Assembly (NCBI GenBank): GCA_964399915.1
Contig: CAYNRN010000003.1
Location: 2,064 to 66,063, forward strand
Reading direction: 5' to 3'
DNA: 64,000 nucleotides
DNA from: an uncultured Planctomycetales bacterium
GTDB lineage: Bacteria; Omnitrophota; Gorgyraeia; Gygaellales; Profunditerraquicolaceae
A model generated the notes under the pieces. The model was not told where the DNA came from. It was given only the letters and a program-made list of their open reading frames with translations, and made no database searches. The translations under genes and the position numbers were made by a program. Positions 46,437 to 55,988 of this stretch are shown here, one piece after another (the first letter of the stretch is position 1; each line of letters begins with the position of its first letter).

Positions 46437-47273
46437 ATGAATAAACTGAAAAAATTAAGGTCGATAATCAGAAACGCGGGTTCTCTGCTGATTGCTTTTT
46501 CCGGCGGCGTTGACAGCACATTCCTGCTTAAGGTTGCCTCCGAAGTTTTGCCTCGAGACAAGCTACTTGCTGTTACAGCCGATTCCGCTACTTATCCGGC
46601 CGAAGAATTATTATCCGCTAAATGCAGCGTAAAAAGATTAGGCGTAAGGCATAAAATTGTAAAGACAAAAGAGCTCAAGGATAGTAGATTTTCGGCAAAT
46701 CCGGTAAATCGCTGTTATTTCTGTAAAAGCGAACTTTTTCTCAGGCTAAAAAAGCTCGCTAAAGAAGAAAAATTAAATTTTGTAGCCGATGCCAGTAATA
46801 CCTCGGATAAATTTGATTTTCGTCCGGGCGCTAGAGCGAAAACTGAGCTGAAGATACGCTCTCCGCTGGCTGAGGCAGGGTTGGCCAAGAGAGATATCCG
46901 CATGCTTAGTAAAAAGATAGGGTTAGATACCTGGGATAAGCCGGCATTGGCCTGCCTGGCCTCAAGGGTTCACTACGGAATCAAAATAGACCAGCGGCTT
47001 TTAAACAAGATAAATCAGGCAGAGAATTTAATACGCAGGGACGGTTTCAGGCAGGTGAGGGTTAGGCATTATAATAACGGGCTTTGCCGGATAGAGGTGC
47101 CTAAGAAAGAGGTCGGCCTGTTGATTAAGAGGGGTAATTTGCTGGTAGAAAAGCTCAAAAAATTAGGATATAATTATGTAACCGTAGATTTAGAAGGTTA
47201 TCGCACGGGAAGCATGAATCCAACCCTTCCTAAGGCAAGGGCCGGGTTCATTAAGAGAGGAAGGACTGGGTGA
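46437..47273 (+). CDS. LarE-like PP-loop ATPase (COG1606 ATP-dependent sulfur transferase family)
   Basis: PP-loop AFSGGVDSTFLLKVA, CYFCK, and an ACLASR conserved-Cys region like the LarE Cys176 context. Confidence 0.6.
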   Translation: MNKLKKLRSIIRNAGSLLIAFSGGVDSTFLLKVASEVLPRDKLLAVTADSATYPAEELLSAKCSVKRLGVRHKIVKTKELKDSRFSANPVNRCYFCKSELFLRLKKLAKEEKLNFVADASNTSDKFDFRPGARAKTELKIRSPLAEAGLAKRDIRMLSKKIGLDTWDKPALACLASRVHYGIKIDQRLLNKINQAENLIRRDGFRQVRVRHYNNGLCRIEVPKKEVGLLIKRGNLLVEKLKKLGYNYVTVDLEGYRTGSMNPTLPKARAGFIKRGRTG

Positions 47274-48436
47274 AAAGAGTATATTTAGATTATTCGGCTA
47301 CTGCGCCGACTGACCCGCGGGTAATTAAGGCGATGCAGCCTTACTTTTTTGAGGCCTTCGGCAACCCCGCCAGTATCCATTCTTTCGGACAGGAGGCAAA
47401 GAAGGCGATAGAAGATGCGCGGGAGAAGACGGCCGGATTCCTCGGCGCTAATCCCGCTGAGATAATCTTTACTTCCGGAGGCACCGAATCGGATAATTTT
47501 GCGCTTTTTGGGGTAGCCCGCGCCATGAAAGGCAAAGGCAACCATATTATTACCAGCGCAATCGAACACCATGCTGTCAGCGAACCCTGTAAATTCCTGC
47601 AGAAAGAGGGTTTTCAGATTACCGCTGTTAAACCGGATACCAGCGGTATAGTTTCTCCGGATGATGTCAAAAAAGCGATTACCGCAAAAACTATCCTCAT
47701 CTCGGTGATGCATGCTAATAATGAAATCGGCACAATCCAACCGATAGCAGAAATAGGAAAAATTGCCAGGGGCAAAGGCATCTATTTTCACAGCGATGCC
47801 GTGCAGAGCGTAGGGCATATTCCCGTAAACGTTGACGAGTTAAACGTCGACCTGCTGTCGCTTTCCGCCCATAAATTTTACGGCCCTAAGGGCGTAGGCG
47901 CATTATATATAAGGAAAGGCACGCGCATAGAGGCTTTTTTACACGGCGGAGACCAGGAAAAAGGCAGAAGGGCCTCGACGCAGAATACGCCCGGTATCGC
48001 CGGCCTGGCAGAAGCCCTGGTTATCTGTTCGAAAGAGATGGAGCAAGAAGCGCGTTTCCAGTCCGGCCTGCGCGATAAATTAATCAAAGAAATACCAAAA
48101 AGGATTAGCGAAGTTATTCTAAACGGGCATCCCGTAAAGCGCCTTCCTAACAACGTCAACTTCTCGATGAGATATATTGAGGGCGAGTCGATTCTGCTTA
48201 ATCTTGATCTGCTCGGTATCGCCGCTTCTACGGGGTCCGCCTGTACTTCTACCAGCCTTGAGCCTTCACACGTCTTGCTGGCGATAGGGCTTACTGCCGA
48301 TGTAGCTCATGGTTCCCTGAGGATCACCATGGGCAGATGGACCAAAGAAAGCGATATTGATTATCTCCTGGAACAGCTGCCGCCGGTTGTGCAGAAACTG
48401 CGTTCAATGTCGCCTCTCTACGAAAAGAAACAATAA
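47270..48436 (+). CDS. nifS: Cysteine desulfurase (NifS/IscS class)
   Basis: PLP-lysine SAHKFYGPKGVGALYIRKG. Active-site loop STGSACTS. 388 aa. Confidence 0.85.
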   Translation: MKRVYLDYSATAPTDPRVIKAMQPYFFEAFGNPASIHSFGQEAKKAIEDAREKTAGFLGANPAEIIFTSGGTESDNFALFGVARAMKGKGNHIITSAIEHHAVSEPCKFLQKEGFQITAVKPDTSGIVSPDDVKKAITAKTILISVMHANNEIGTIQPIAEIGKIARGKGIYFHSDAVQSVGHIPVNVDELNVDLLSLSAHKFYGPKGVGALYIRKGTRIEAFLHGGDQEKGRRASTQNTPGIAGLAEALVICSKEMEQEARFQSGLRDKLIKEIPKRISEVILNGHPVKRLPNNVNFSMRYIEGESILLNLDLLGIAASTGSACTSTSLEPSHVLLAIGLTADVAHGSLRITMGRWTKESDIDYLLEQLPPVVQKLRSMSPLYEKKQ

Positions 48437-48438
48437 TC

Positions 48439-49395
48439 ATGCAGGAAAAGATCATTGATTTCCTAAAATCCAAACAGGGCTATGCCTCAGGCGAAGAGAT
48501 CAGCCAGCGCTTGAGAATCAGCAGGCAGGCGCTTTGGAAGCATATACAACACCTTAAAGACTCAGGTTACGGCATCGAAGCAGTCCCGCATCTGGGATAT
48601 CAGCTTTGCGGCCTTCCTGACAGGTTATTCCCCTTGGAGATTTCAAGTTCTCTTCAGACAAAGATTATCGGTAAAAAGATTTATTACTTTGACCTGGTGC
48701 ATTCTACTATGGATAGCGCGGCAGAATTGGCCCGGAAAAATTGCCCCGAGGGCACGCTGGTGGTGGCGGAATCCCAATCTAAAGGCAGGGGGAGGCTGGG
48801 CAGAGAATGGTCTTCCCCAAAATATAAAGGCATATATATATCTTTGATCCTGCGCCCTAAAATCTTGCCTTCTCAGGCCCCGGTATTCACTCTCCTATCG
48901 GCAGTAAGCGCCTGCGAAGCGCTGAAGGAAGCCTGCGCTTTAAGCGCGCAGATAAAGTGGCCTAATGATTTAATGGTAAACAATAAAAAGATCGGCGGAA
49001 TTCTCACTGAACTTAATGCCGAAACCGACGAAGTGCATTCTCTGATTATCGGCATCGGCATTAATGTGAATAACGATAGAAAATCTCTGCTTAACCAGGC
49101 TACCTCCGTAAAAGAGGAGAAGGGCCAGGCAGCCAGCAGGATAGGCCTGCTGCAGGAATTGCTGCGTAAACTGGAAGTTAATTATCTAACGCTGCAGGAA
49201 GAGGGCACGCAGCCGATTATTGAGAAATGGCGCCTGCTCAATATTACTTTAGGCAGAAGGATAAAGATATCCTCCCACAACCGGCTGATAGAAGGAGAGG
49301 CTTCGGACATAGATGCCGACGGGGCGTTATTATTAAGAAAGGATTCCGGGTTAACCCAGAGAATAACTTCCGGCGATGTAATGCATTGCCGATAA
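48439..49395 (+). CDS. birA: Bifunctional biotin--[acetyl-CoA-carboxylase] ligase / biotin operon repressor BirA
   Basis: N-terminal HTH (YASGEEISQRLRISRQALWKHIQHLKDSGYGIE), BPL catalytic domain (GRGRLGREWSSP) and C-terminal SH3-like domain. Confidence 0.8.
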   Translation: MQEKIIDFLKSKQGYASGEEISQRLRISRQALWKHIQHLKDSGYGIEAVPHLGYQLCGLPDRLFPLEISSSLQTKIIGKKIYYFDLVHSTMDSAAELARKNCPEGTLVVAESQSKGRGRLGREWSSPKYKGIYISLILRPKILPSQAPVFTLLSAVSACEALKEACALSAQIKWPNDLMVNNKKIGGILTELNAETDEVHSLIIGIGINVNNDRKSLLNQATSVKEEKGQAASRIGLLQELLRKLEVNYLTLQEEGTQPIIEKWRLLNITLGRRIKISSHNRLIEGEASDIDADGALLLRKDSGLTQRITSGDVMHCR

Positions 49396-49419
49396 TGTCA
49401 ACTTTTAATAAAATATTGG

Positions 49420-49448
49420 TTGACGATTGAACCGCACCGGATTATAAT
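49420..49448 (+). promoter_or_regulatory. Near-consensus sigma70 promoter TTGACG-17-TATAAT for the TonB-dependent receptor
   Basis: Hexamers at 49420-49425 and 49443-49448. Embedded in the loop of a terminator-like hairpin (AACCGCAC 49430-49437 / GTGCGGTT 49472-49479 + T7). Confidence 0.55.
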
Positions 49449-49589
49449 TATTCAGCTTAGATTATGAAAAAGTGCGGTTTTTTTATACATTCGCGGCCCA
49501 AGAACCCCATCCCGGAAGAGGAGGGTAAAAAAGGGCCGCTCAGTATCAACCATAACAGGTCTCGGCTTAAAATCCGAGGGAGCTATTGG

Positions 49590-51362
49590 TTGATTTTTAT
49601 TTTTCTTTGTTGCTATCGGTGCCTCTGGGCGCAGGATAATAGCCTAGAAGACTTAGAGCGCATCGTGGTTACTAAAAGCAAAATCCACCTCTATAAAACC
49701 TACGACCTCGATCAAGACGACCTAAAGGACCTCCCTTTTAATTCCCCTCTGGAAACCCTTACTTTAACCGAATTAGATTTGCAGGCGCGCGCGGCCAAGG
49801 GCGCGATTCAGGATGATTTTTCTCTGCGTGGCTCGACCTTCCAGGGGGTCTTAGTATTATTTAACGGACAGCGTATTAATGATCCCCAGACCGGACACCA
49901 CAATAGCGATATCCCGCTTACCCGCGCAGATATCAAAAGGATAGAAATAACTCCGGGTGTCAGTTCCGCGGTATTCGGGCCCGATGCAATAGGGGGGGCG
50001 TTGAATTTTATCCTGAAAAAACCCGAAGAAAATAAGCTCCTTCTGGAGTTTAGCGGCGGCCAGCATACCAGCCACTCTTCGCTTTTCAGTATTACCCGCA
50101 GAATCGATCAGGCAGGAATCAGGGTTTCCGTCGAGAATAACCAGTCCGACGGATACCGCGAAGATACCGATTTCAAAAAGTTTAATGCGACAGCGGATTC
50201 AACTATCGGTATACCGTTAGGAGAAATCCGGGCAAGCTACGGATATCAGGAGAAAGAGTTCGGCGCCCCGGACTTTTATACTCCCGGCAGCAACTATCTT
50301 TCGCAGGAATGGACTAAGACGCATCTTTTAAACGCCGGAGCAAATATCATCAAGGAAGGATTGTTGATCAGGCCGAATTTTCTCTGGCGCCGGCACTTTG
50401 ACAAATTTTTACTGGATAAGACGCTGATACGCAGCAGTTATCTGAATCATCACCGCACGGATATGCTGACACCCAATATTTACCTGCAAAAAGAGCTTGT
50501 CCCTCTAGGCAGGGTAGGGTTTGGCCTTGAATACGGCCAGGAGCTTATAAACTCTACTAATCTGGGAAAGCACGGCAGGGCCCATACAAGCGTTTACCTT
50601 GACCAGAGCAAAGATTTAATGCAGGGTTTCTCTTTTGGCTTGGCTGCGCGCAGCGACGATTTTGAAGGGTTTGACCGCAAGTTCTCCGGCTCCGGTAGCC
50701 TGCGCTACAGTTTTTTAACCGCCAGTTCCCTTACTTTAGGGTTATCCCGCAGCATCCGCGTTCCCTCTTTTACTGAGCTTTACTACAGCGATCCTACTAC
50801 CGAAGGAAATCCCGATCTCAGCGCGGAAAAATCCGTCAATTACCAGCTGGAGTATAATTACGCAGGAGAAGATTTTTCTTTCTCTCTGGCGGCTTTTTTA
50901 CGCGATGAAGACGAATTTATAGATTGGGTAAAACGCGCGCCCTCCCAGAGCAAGTGGGTGGCGGAGAATATCGGCGAGGCGTATGTTTCGGGATTCGAAA
51001 ACAACTTATCCCTGAAGATAAATCAATACCTGGAATTGAAGGCAAACTATACCTATACCGATAAGAATATCCGCGAGAAACAATATCTTTATAAATACGG
51101 GCCTAATTATGCGCGCCACCTATTGAATAACCTGCTTGAATTTAATCTGCCTTTCGGCAGGCAGGTGGTTAGCTACAGCTACAAGAAAAAAGACGGCCGC
51201 GGCGGCTGGTCGCTGTTAAATTTATCCCTTTCCTATGGCCTCCTTAAGCATTCCCGCATCTTTTTTAAAGCCACGAATATCCTGGATAAACGCTATGAAG
51301 AGATACTCGGCGTGCCGCAGCCCGGCCGTTGGCTTGAAGGCGGCTTAAGCTTTGAGTGGTAA
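49590..51362 (+). CDS. TonB-dependent outer-membrane receptor
   Basis: Plug-domain motifs (TonB box-like DLERIVVT; LRGSTFQGVLVLFNGQRINDP), 22-strand barrel length, C-terminal aromatic GLSFEW. Start is uncertain: TTG 49590 follows RBS GAGGGA and gives a short signal peptide, whereas the ORF-track ATG 49464 lies inside the terminator hairpin. Confidence 0.8.
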   Translation: MIFIFLCCYRCLWAQDNSLEDLERIVVTKSKIHLYKTYDLDQDDLKDLPFNSPLETLTLTELDLQARAAKGAIQDDFSLRGSTFQGVLVLFNGQRINDPQTGHHNSDIPLTRADIKRIEITPGVSSAVFGPDAIGGALNFILKKPEENKLLLEFSGGQHTSHSSLFSITRRIDQAGIRVSVENNQSDGYREDTDFKKFNATADSTIGIPLGEIRASYGYQEKEFGAPDFYTPGSNYLSQEWTKTHLLNAGANIIKEGLLIRPNFLWRRHFDKFLLDKTLIRSSYLNHHRTDMLTPNIYLQKELVPLGRVGFGLEYGQELINSTNLGKHGRAHTSVYLDQSKDLMQGFSFGLAARSDDFEGFDRKFSGSGSLRYSFLTASSLTLGLSRSIRVPSFTELYYSDPTTEGNPDLSAEKSVNYQLEYNYAGEDFSFSLAAFLRDEDEFIDWVKRAPSQSKWVAENIGEAYVSGFENNLSLKINQYLELKANYTYTDKNIREKQYLYKYGPNYARHLLNNLLEFNLPFGRQVVSYSYKKKDGRGGWSLLNLSLSYGLLKHSRIFFKATNILDKRYEEILGVPQPGRWLEGGLSFEW

Positions 51363-51402
51363 AAAGCGTTGGAAATTTAATTTTTGGTAGTATAATAGCG
51401 CT

Positions 51403-51693
51403 ATGTTTATTCATACGGTTTTATTCAAAATACAGCCTTCCCAGGTCAATGCCTATAGGAATGACAGCAAAATGTGGGCGCGTAGGGCCAGGGAAGCGAA
51501 GGGTTTTGTCGCTTATTTTACGATGAAGCGGATAAACGGCAAAAACGAATATGCTTCGGTTTATGAGTGGAGATCGCAATCCTTCCATAGCCGCTTTATG
51601 AAAAAATACCACGAAGAGCTGGTAGCAAAATCCCGCGCCAAGGTGAAAGTTCTGGGTTATTTTAACCTCAAGACAATCGACAGGCTGAAATAG
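51403..51693 (+). CDS. Small alpha+beta-barrel protein (ABM/Dabb-like, tentative)
   Basis: 96 aa, (beta-alpha-beta)2-compatible pattern. Weak call. Confidence 0.3.
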   Translation: MFIHTVLFKIQPSQVNAYRNDSKMWARRAREAKGFVAYFTMKRINGKNEYASVYEWRSQSFHSRFMKKYHEELVAKSRAKVKVLGYFNLKTIDRLK

Positions 51694-51706
51694 GATTTTA
51701 AAACAA

Positions 51707-52798
51707 ATGAACAAACGCGCAGTCGTTGCGATGAGCGGAGGGGTAGATTCTTCAGTTGCCGCGGCGATTTTAAAAAGCAAGGGTTTTGAAGTAATCGGGA
51801 TGACAATGTGTTTTGGATTAAGCGAACAGGCGCGCCGTAAACCTTCCTGCTGCGGTATCAGGGGCATTGAGGATGCCCGGCGTGTTGCCGATAAGCTGGG
51901 CATCAGGCATTATGCCGTGAATATGCACAGGCACCTGGAAAAATTCGTGATCAGCGATTTTTGCCATGAATATCTTTCCGGGAGAACGCCGAATCCTTGC
52001 GTACGCTGCAATCAGTTCTTGAAATTCTCAATTCTTCTGGATAAGGCGCGCGCCCTGGGAGCGGATTTTCTTGCCACGGGGCATTACGCCCGTATAGCAA
52101 AATCCCGGGCCGCAAACCGCAAACCGCAAACTTATTTACTCAAAAAAGCCAGGGATAAAAGCAAAGACCAGTCGTATTTTTTATACCGCTTAACCCAGAA
52201 ACAGCTAAAACAGGTACTATTCCCGCTGGGAAATTATACAAAACCTCAGGTCCGCCTCTTGGCAGGGAAGTTTGGCCTGCCGGTAGCTGATAAAAAAGCA
52301 AGCCAGGAGATATGTTTTTTGGGGGACGATGATTACCGTAATTTTTTGCGTAAGCAGATGGGAAGGCAAATCTATCCCGGCGAAATCTTAGACAGCGCAG
52401 GAAAACCGCTCGGCTGCCATAAAGGGATCGCTTATTACACCATCGGGCAGCGCCAGGGTTTAGGCATAGCTTTCGGAAAACCGGCATACATCAGCCGTAT
52501 TGACGCTGCTAATAACCGTATTACTATCGGCCCGAAAGAGGAGGTGGTCAGCTCTGATTTTCTGGTTAGAGAAGTTAATTTTGTCTCTGAGCCGATAAAA
52601 AAGAAAATTGTGCTTAATGTTAAAATACGCTATAATCATAAAGAAGCGCCTGCAGAAGTTTCATCTGCCAGGGGCGTACTAAAAGCGCATTTTAAAATTC
52701 CGCAGTTTGCGATTACCCCGGGCCAATCAGCGGTATTCTATAAATCCGACAGGTTAATCGGCGGAGGGATAATAGAGAAGGTGTTAAACCATGATTAA
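51707..52798 (+). CDS. mnmA: tRNA-specific 2-thiouridylase MnmA
   Basis: PP-loop VAMSGGVDSSVAA and catalytic-Cys contexts (PNPCVRCN, EICFL). 363 aa. Confidence 0.85.
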   Translation: MNKRAVVAMSGGVDSSVAAAILKSKGFEVIGMTMCFGLSEQARRKPSCCGIRGIEDARRVADKLGIRHYAVNMHRHLEKFVISDFCHEYLSGRTPNPCVRCNQFLKFSILLDKARALGADFLATGHYARIAKSRAANRKPQTYLLKKARDKSKDQSYFLYRLTQKQLKQVLFPLGNYTKPQVRLLAGKFGLPVADKKASQEICFLGDDDYRNFLRKQMGRQIYPGEILDSAGKPLGCHKGIAYYTIGQRQGLGIAFGKPAYISRIDAANNRITIGPKEEVVSSDFLVREVNFVSEPIKKKIVLNVKIRYNHKEAPAEVSSARGVLKAHFKIPQFAITPGQSAVFYKSDRLIGGGIIEKVLNHD

Positions 52799-53714
52799 GA
52801 AAAAGAATTGGGGAGGGCTGGAGGATAAAATCGCCGCTTTAAAAAAGAAGCGCGATGCCGTGATCCTGGCGCATAATTACCAACTGCCCGAAGTGCAGGA
52901 TGTGGCTGATTACCGGGGCGATTCGCTGGAGTTAAGCCGTATTGCCGCCAAGACAGATGCCAAGGTAATCGTCTTCTGCGGCGTGCATTTCATGGCGGAA
53001 ACTGCTTCCATACTCTGCCCGAAAAAGAAAGTCATCATGCCGGATATCCATTCCGGATGCCCGATGGCAGATATGATTACCGCCCAGCAATTAAGGGGGC
53101 TTAAAGAGGAACATCCCCGGGCAGTGACCGTCGGCTATGTAAATACCTCCGCCGAAGTAAAGGCGGAACTCGACGTCTGCTGCACGTCTACCAATGCCGT
53201 AGCCGTAGTCAACGCTTTTAAGGCAAGCGAAGAAATTATTTTCGTTCCTGATAAATATTTGGCGGATTACGTCTCTAAACAGGCCGGAAGAAAACTTATC
53301 TCCTGGAGAGGCTTCTGCCCCACCCATATTAAAATCCTGCCGCAGGATATCGAAAGGGAAAGGAAATTTCACCCTTTTGCCAAGGTGGTTGTCCACCCTG
53401 AATGCCTGCCGGCGGTAGTGGCTTTAGCTGATGCCGCGCTTTCTACCAGCCAGATGTCCAAATACGCCCGGGAGAGCGAGGCCAAGGAATTCATCGTCGG
53501 CACAGAAGTCGGCCTGATCTACCGCCTGAAGAAGGATAATCCGGCAAAGGAATTTTACCCGGCAAGCGAGGCAGCAGTCTGCCCTAATATGAAACGGACT
53601 ACCCAGGAGAAGATCGTCTGGGCGCTTGAAGAGCTGAAGGAAGAGGTCAGGGTATCCGATGAGCTGCGCAGGCGCGCCAAAAAAGCAATAGACAGGATGC
53701 TGGAAATAATCTGA
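52791..53714 (+). CDS. nadA: Quinolinate synthase A
   Basis: NadA pattern ILAHNYQ, three-fold repeat with conserved Cys (FCGVHFMAE, CCTSTNA, VCPNM). 307 aa. Confidence 0.85.
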   Translation: MIKKKNWGGLEDKIAALKKKRDAVILAHNYQLPEVQDVADYRGDSLELSRIAAKTDAKVIVFCGVHFMAETASILCPKKKVIMPDIHSGCPMADMITAQQLRGLKEEHPRAVTVGYVNTSAEVKAELDVCCTSTNAVAVVNAFKASEEIIFVPDKYLADYVSKQAGRKLISWRGFCPTHIKILPQDIERERKFHPFAKVVVHPECLPAVVALADAALSTSQMSKYARESEAKEFIVGTEVGLIYRLKKDNPAKEFYPASEAAVCPNMKRTTQEKIVWALEELKEEVRVSDELRRRAKKAIDRMLEII

Positions 53715-54337
53715 TGCCGGAAGTTGTTTACGAAGATGATTGGCTGATAGTCCTGAATAAGCCGGCAGGCCTTTTAACCATCCCTACGCCGAAGAAAGAA
53801 AGCCGCACCCTCGTAAGCATCCTCAATGATGGAATTAAAGCGCAGGGCGCGCCTTACCGCCTGCATCTCTGCCACCGGTTGGATAGGGAAACTTCCGGAT
53901 TGATCATCTTCGCCAAGGGTAAATCCCCGCAGAAGAAGATGATGGAACTCTTCAGGCAACGGAGAGTAAAAAAGACCTATATTGCATTCGTGCAGGGTAT
54001 GCCTAAGCCGAAGGCATCCCGTATAATCAGCCGCATAGAGGGCTTAAGCGCAATAACCGAGTATAGGGTAATAGAGAGGAAAAGCAGTTTTTCCGTGGCA
54101 GAGGCGCGGCCTCTGACCGGCCGCACCAACCAGATCAGGATACATTTTAAATCTATCGGGCATCCTATCGTCGGGGAGGACAAATATGCCTTTCGCAGGG
54201 ATTTCCCGCTTAAGGCGAAGAGGCTTTGCCTGCATGCTGCGGGGCTTGAATTTGAGCATCCCGTAACCAGAGAGAAGATCAGGCTTGTTTCGCACCTCCC
54301 CTCTTATATGAAGGAGTTTCTCGCCAAACATGCTTAA
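53714..54337 (+). CDS. RluA-family pseudouridine synthase
   Basis: Catalytic motif HRLDRETSGLIIFAK. 207 aa (no S4 domain). Confidence 0.8.
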   Translation: MPEVVYEDDWLIVLNKPAGLLTIPTPKKESRTLVSILNDGIKAQGAPYRLHLCHRLDRETSGLIIFAKGKSPQKKMMELFRQRRVKKTYIAFVQGMPKPKASRIISRIEGLSAITEYRVIERKSSFSVAEARPLTGRTNQIRIHFKSIGHPIVGEDKYAFRRDFPLKAKRLCLHAAGLEFEHPVTREKIRLVSHLPSYMKEFLAKHA

Positions 54338-55073
54338 ATATATTATTCTGGGGATAATACAGGGATTAACCGAGTTTCTGCCGGTAAGCAGCTCAGGCCA
54401 TCTGGTCGTCTTGCAGAGGATATTCGGGATGACAAACGGCCAGGTAGCAACTTCGGTTATCTTGCACATGGGTACGCTTATGTCCCTGTGTATTTTCTTC
54501 TTCGGCGATATCTTGGCCCTGTTGCGGGATTTAAAGTCATTGCTGCTGATATTTATCGCGACCTTTATTACAGGCGTCATCGGTATCTGCGGCAAAGGGT
54601 TTTTTGAGGAATTATTCTCAAGCCCTGAATTTGTGGCCTTTGCCTGGCTTGTGACAGGCGCGGTACTTATATTGAGCAAAAAATTTATGCAGGCAAAAAG
54701 GCATACAGTGAGCCTTAAAGACGCCTCGATGCTTGGAGCAACCCAGGGGCTGGCGATTATTCCGGGGCTTTCCCGTTCGGGTATCACCATATCAACGCTC
54801 TTATTCAGGGGAATAGACAGAGAAACGAGTTTCCGCTTTTCTTTTCTGGCTTCCGTCCCGGCAATTGCCGGAGCCGCGTTTGTTGAAGCAAAAGATATCC
54901 ATTTTATTTTTCAGGGGGATACGAAAAATTTTATCATTGGTTTTTTCTGCAGCCTGATCGTCGGCTTAATCTCTCTGAAGTTTCTGCGCTCTATTATACA
55001 CAGGTCGAAATTTCATTATTTCGGGTATTATTGTATATTTGCCGCAACAATTACGTTGATATTACTGAGATAA
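54330..55073 (+). CDS. uppP: Undecaprenyl-diphosphatase (BacA/UppP)
   Basis: QGLTEFLPVSSSGHL signature and PGLSRSG second motif. Confidence 0.85.
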   Translation: MLKYIILGIIQGLTEFLPVSSSGHLVVLQRIFGMTNGQVATSVILHMGTLMSLCIFFFGDILALLRDLKSLLLIFIATFITGVIGICGKGFFEELFSSPEFVAFAWLVTGAVLILSKKFMQAKRHTVSLKDASMLGATQGLAIIPGLSRSGITISTLLFRGIDRETSFRFSFLASVPAIAGAAFVEAKDIHFIFQGDTKNFIIGFFCSLIVGLISLKFLRSIIHRSKFHYFGYYCIFAATITLILLR

Positions 55074-55074
55074 A

Positions 55075-55974
55075 ATGAGCATTCTTGTTTTAGGCACCGT
55101 AGCCCTTGATTCGGTAAAGACCCCTTTCGGGTTAAGGAAGGACATTTTGGGGGGCTCGGCGGTGCATTTCGCCATGGGCGCCCGGATTTTTACCAGGGTA
55201 AACCTTGTGGCAATAGTCGGGAAAGACTTTCCTGAAAAACATATCCGTTTCCTTCATAAGAAAGGCATTATCCTTACCTCATTGGCCAAAGAGCACGGCC
55301 ATACCTTCAGGTGGGAGGGAGAATATAGAGGCAACCTTGACTGCGCCCTTACCTTAAATACGGAACTGGGGGTACTCTCCGCATTCAGGCCTTCAATTCA
55401 GCGCAGCCAGCGGGATATAGGTTATATTTTTCTGGCAAACGTTGACCCGGATATACAGAGGCGCCTTTTAGAAAATATGCGTTTGCCTAAACTCATAGGG
55501 CTGGATAGCATGAATTACTGGATTAAGCATAAGCGGCGCAGCCTGCTTCGGCTTTTGAAGAGAGTCGATATTTTTGTGGCTAACGAAGAAGAGGCCAAGA
55601 GCCTTACCGGGGAACACTCTTTGATCAATGCCGCAAAAGGGCTTCATTGCCGCGGAGCGCGGATGGTCCTGATCAAAAAGGGCGAACACGGAGTGCTTTT
55701 ATATGCCGATAATTTTATTTTTTCCGTACCGGCATATCCTACGGCCCGGGTAATTGACCCGACCGGAGCAGGCGATACTTTTGCCGGAGGGTTTATGGGG
55801 TATCTGGCAATGAAGGGAAAAGTGAATCAGGCAAATATTAAAAAAGCGGCGGCATACGGCACAGTTGCCGCATCATTTAATATAGAGGGTTTCGGCGTGG
55901 AACGCAGCGCCCGCCTTGGCAGAAGAGATCTGGAGCAGAGGCTGAAGAAGCTTAGAAGCTTTACCTCGTTCTGA
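55075..55974 (+). CDS. PfkB-family carbohydrate/nucleoside kinase (ribokinase-like)
   Basis: DPTGAGDTFAGGF anion-hole/ATP motif. N-terminal GG di-glycine region. Confidence 0.7.
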   Translation: MSILVLGTVALDSVKTPFGLRKDILGGSAVHFAMGARIFTRVNLVAIVGKDFPEKHIRFLHKKGIILTSLAKEHGHTFRWEGEYRGNLDCALTLNTELGVLSAFRPSIQRSQRDIGYIFLANVDPDIQRRLLENMRLPKLIGLDSMNYWIKHKRRSLLRLLKRVDIFVANEEEAKSLTGEHSLINAAKGLHCRGARMVLIKKGEHGVLLYADNFIFSVPAYPTARVIDPTGAGDTFAGGFMGYLAMKGKVNQANIKKAAAYGTVAASFNIEGFGVERSARLGRRDLEQRLKKLRSFTSF

Positions 55975-55988
55975 TAAAGGAGGCAATT

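Noticed and set aside
49480-49600. Cobalamin or TPP riboswitch in front of the TonB-dependent receptor
   Set aside because: I could not find the B12 box (GCCACUG) or the TPP CUGAGA / ACCUGAUCUGGAUAAUGCCAGCG cores by eye. It is reported only as an unclassified structured leader.
52108-52131. Tandem AAACCGCAAACCGCAAAC repeat
   Set aside because: This is a short in-frame coding repeat inside mnmA (…ANRKPQTY…), not a CRISPR array or non-coding microsatellite. No CRISPR repeat-spacer structure exists anywhere in the window.
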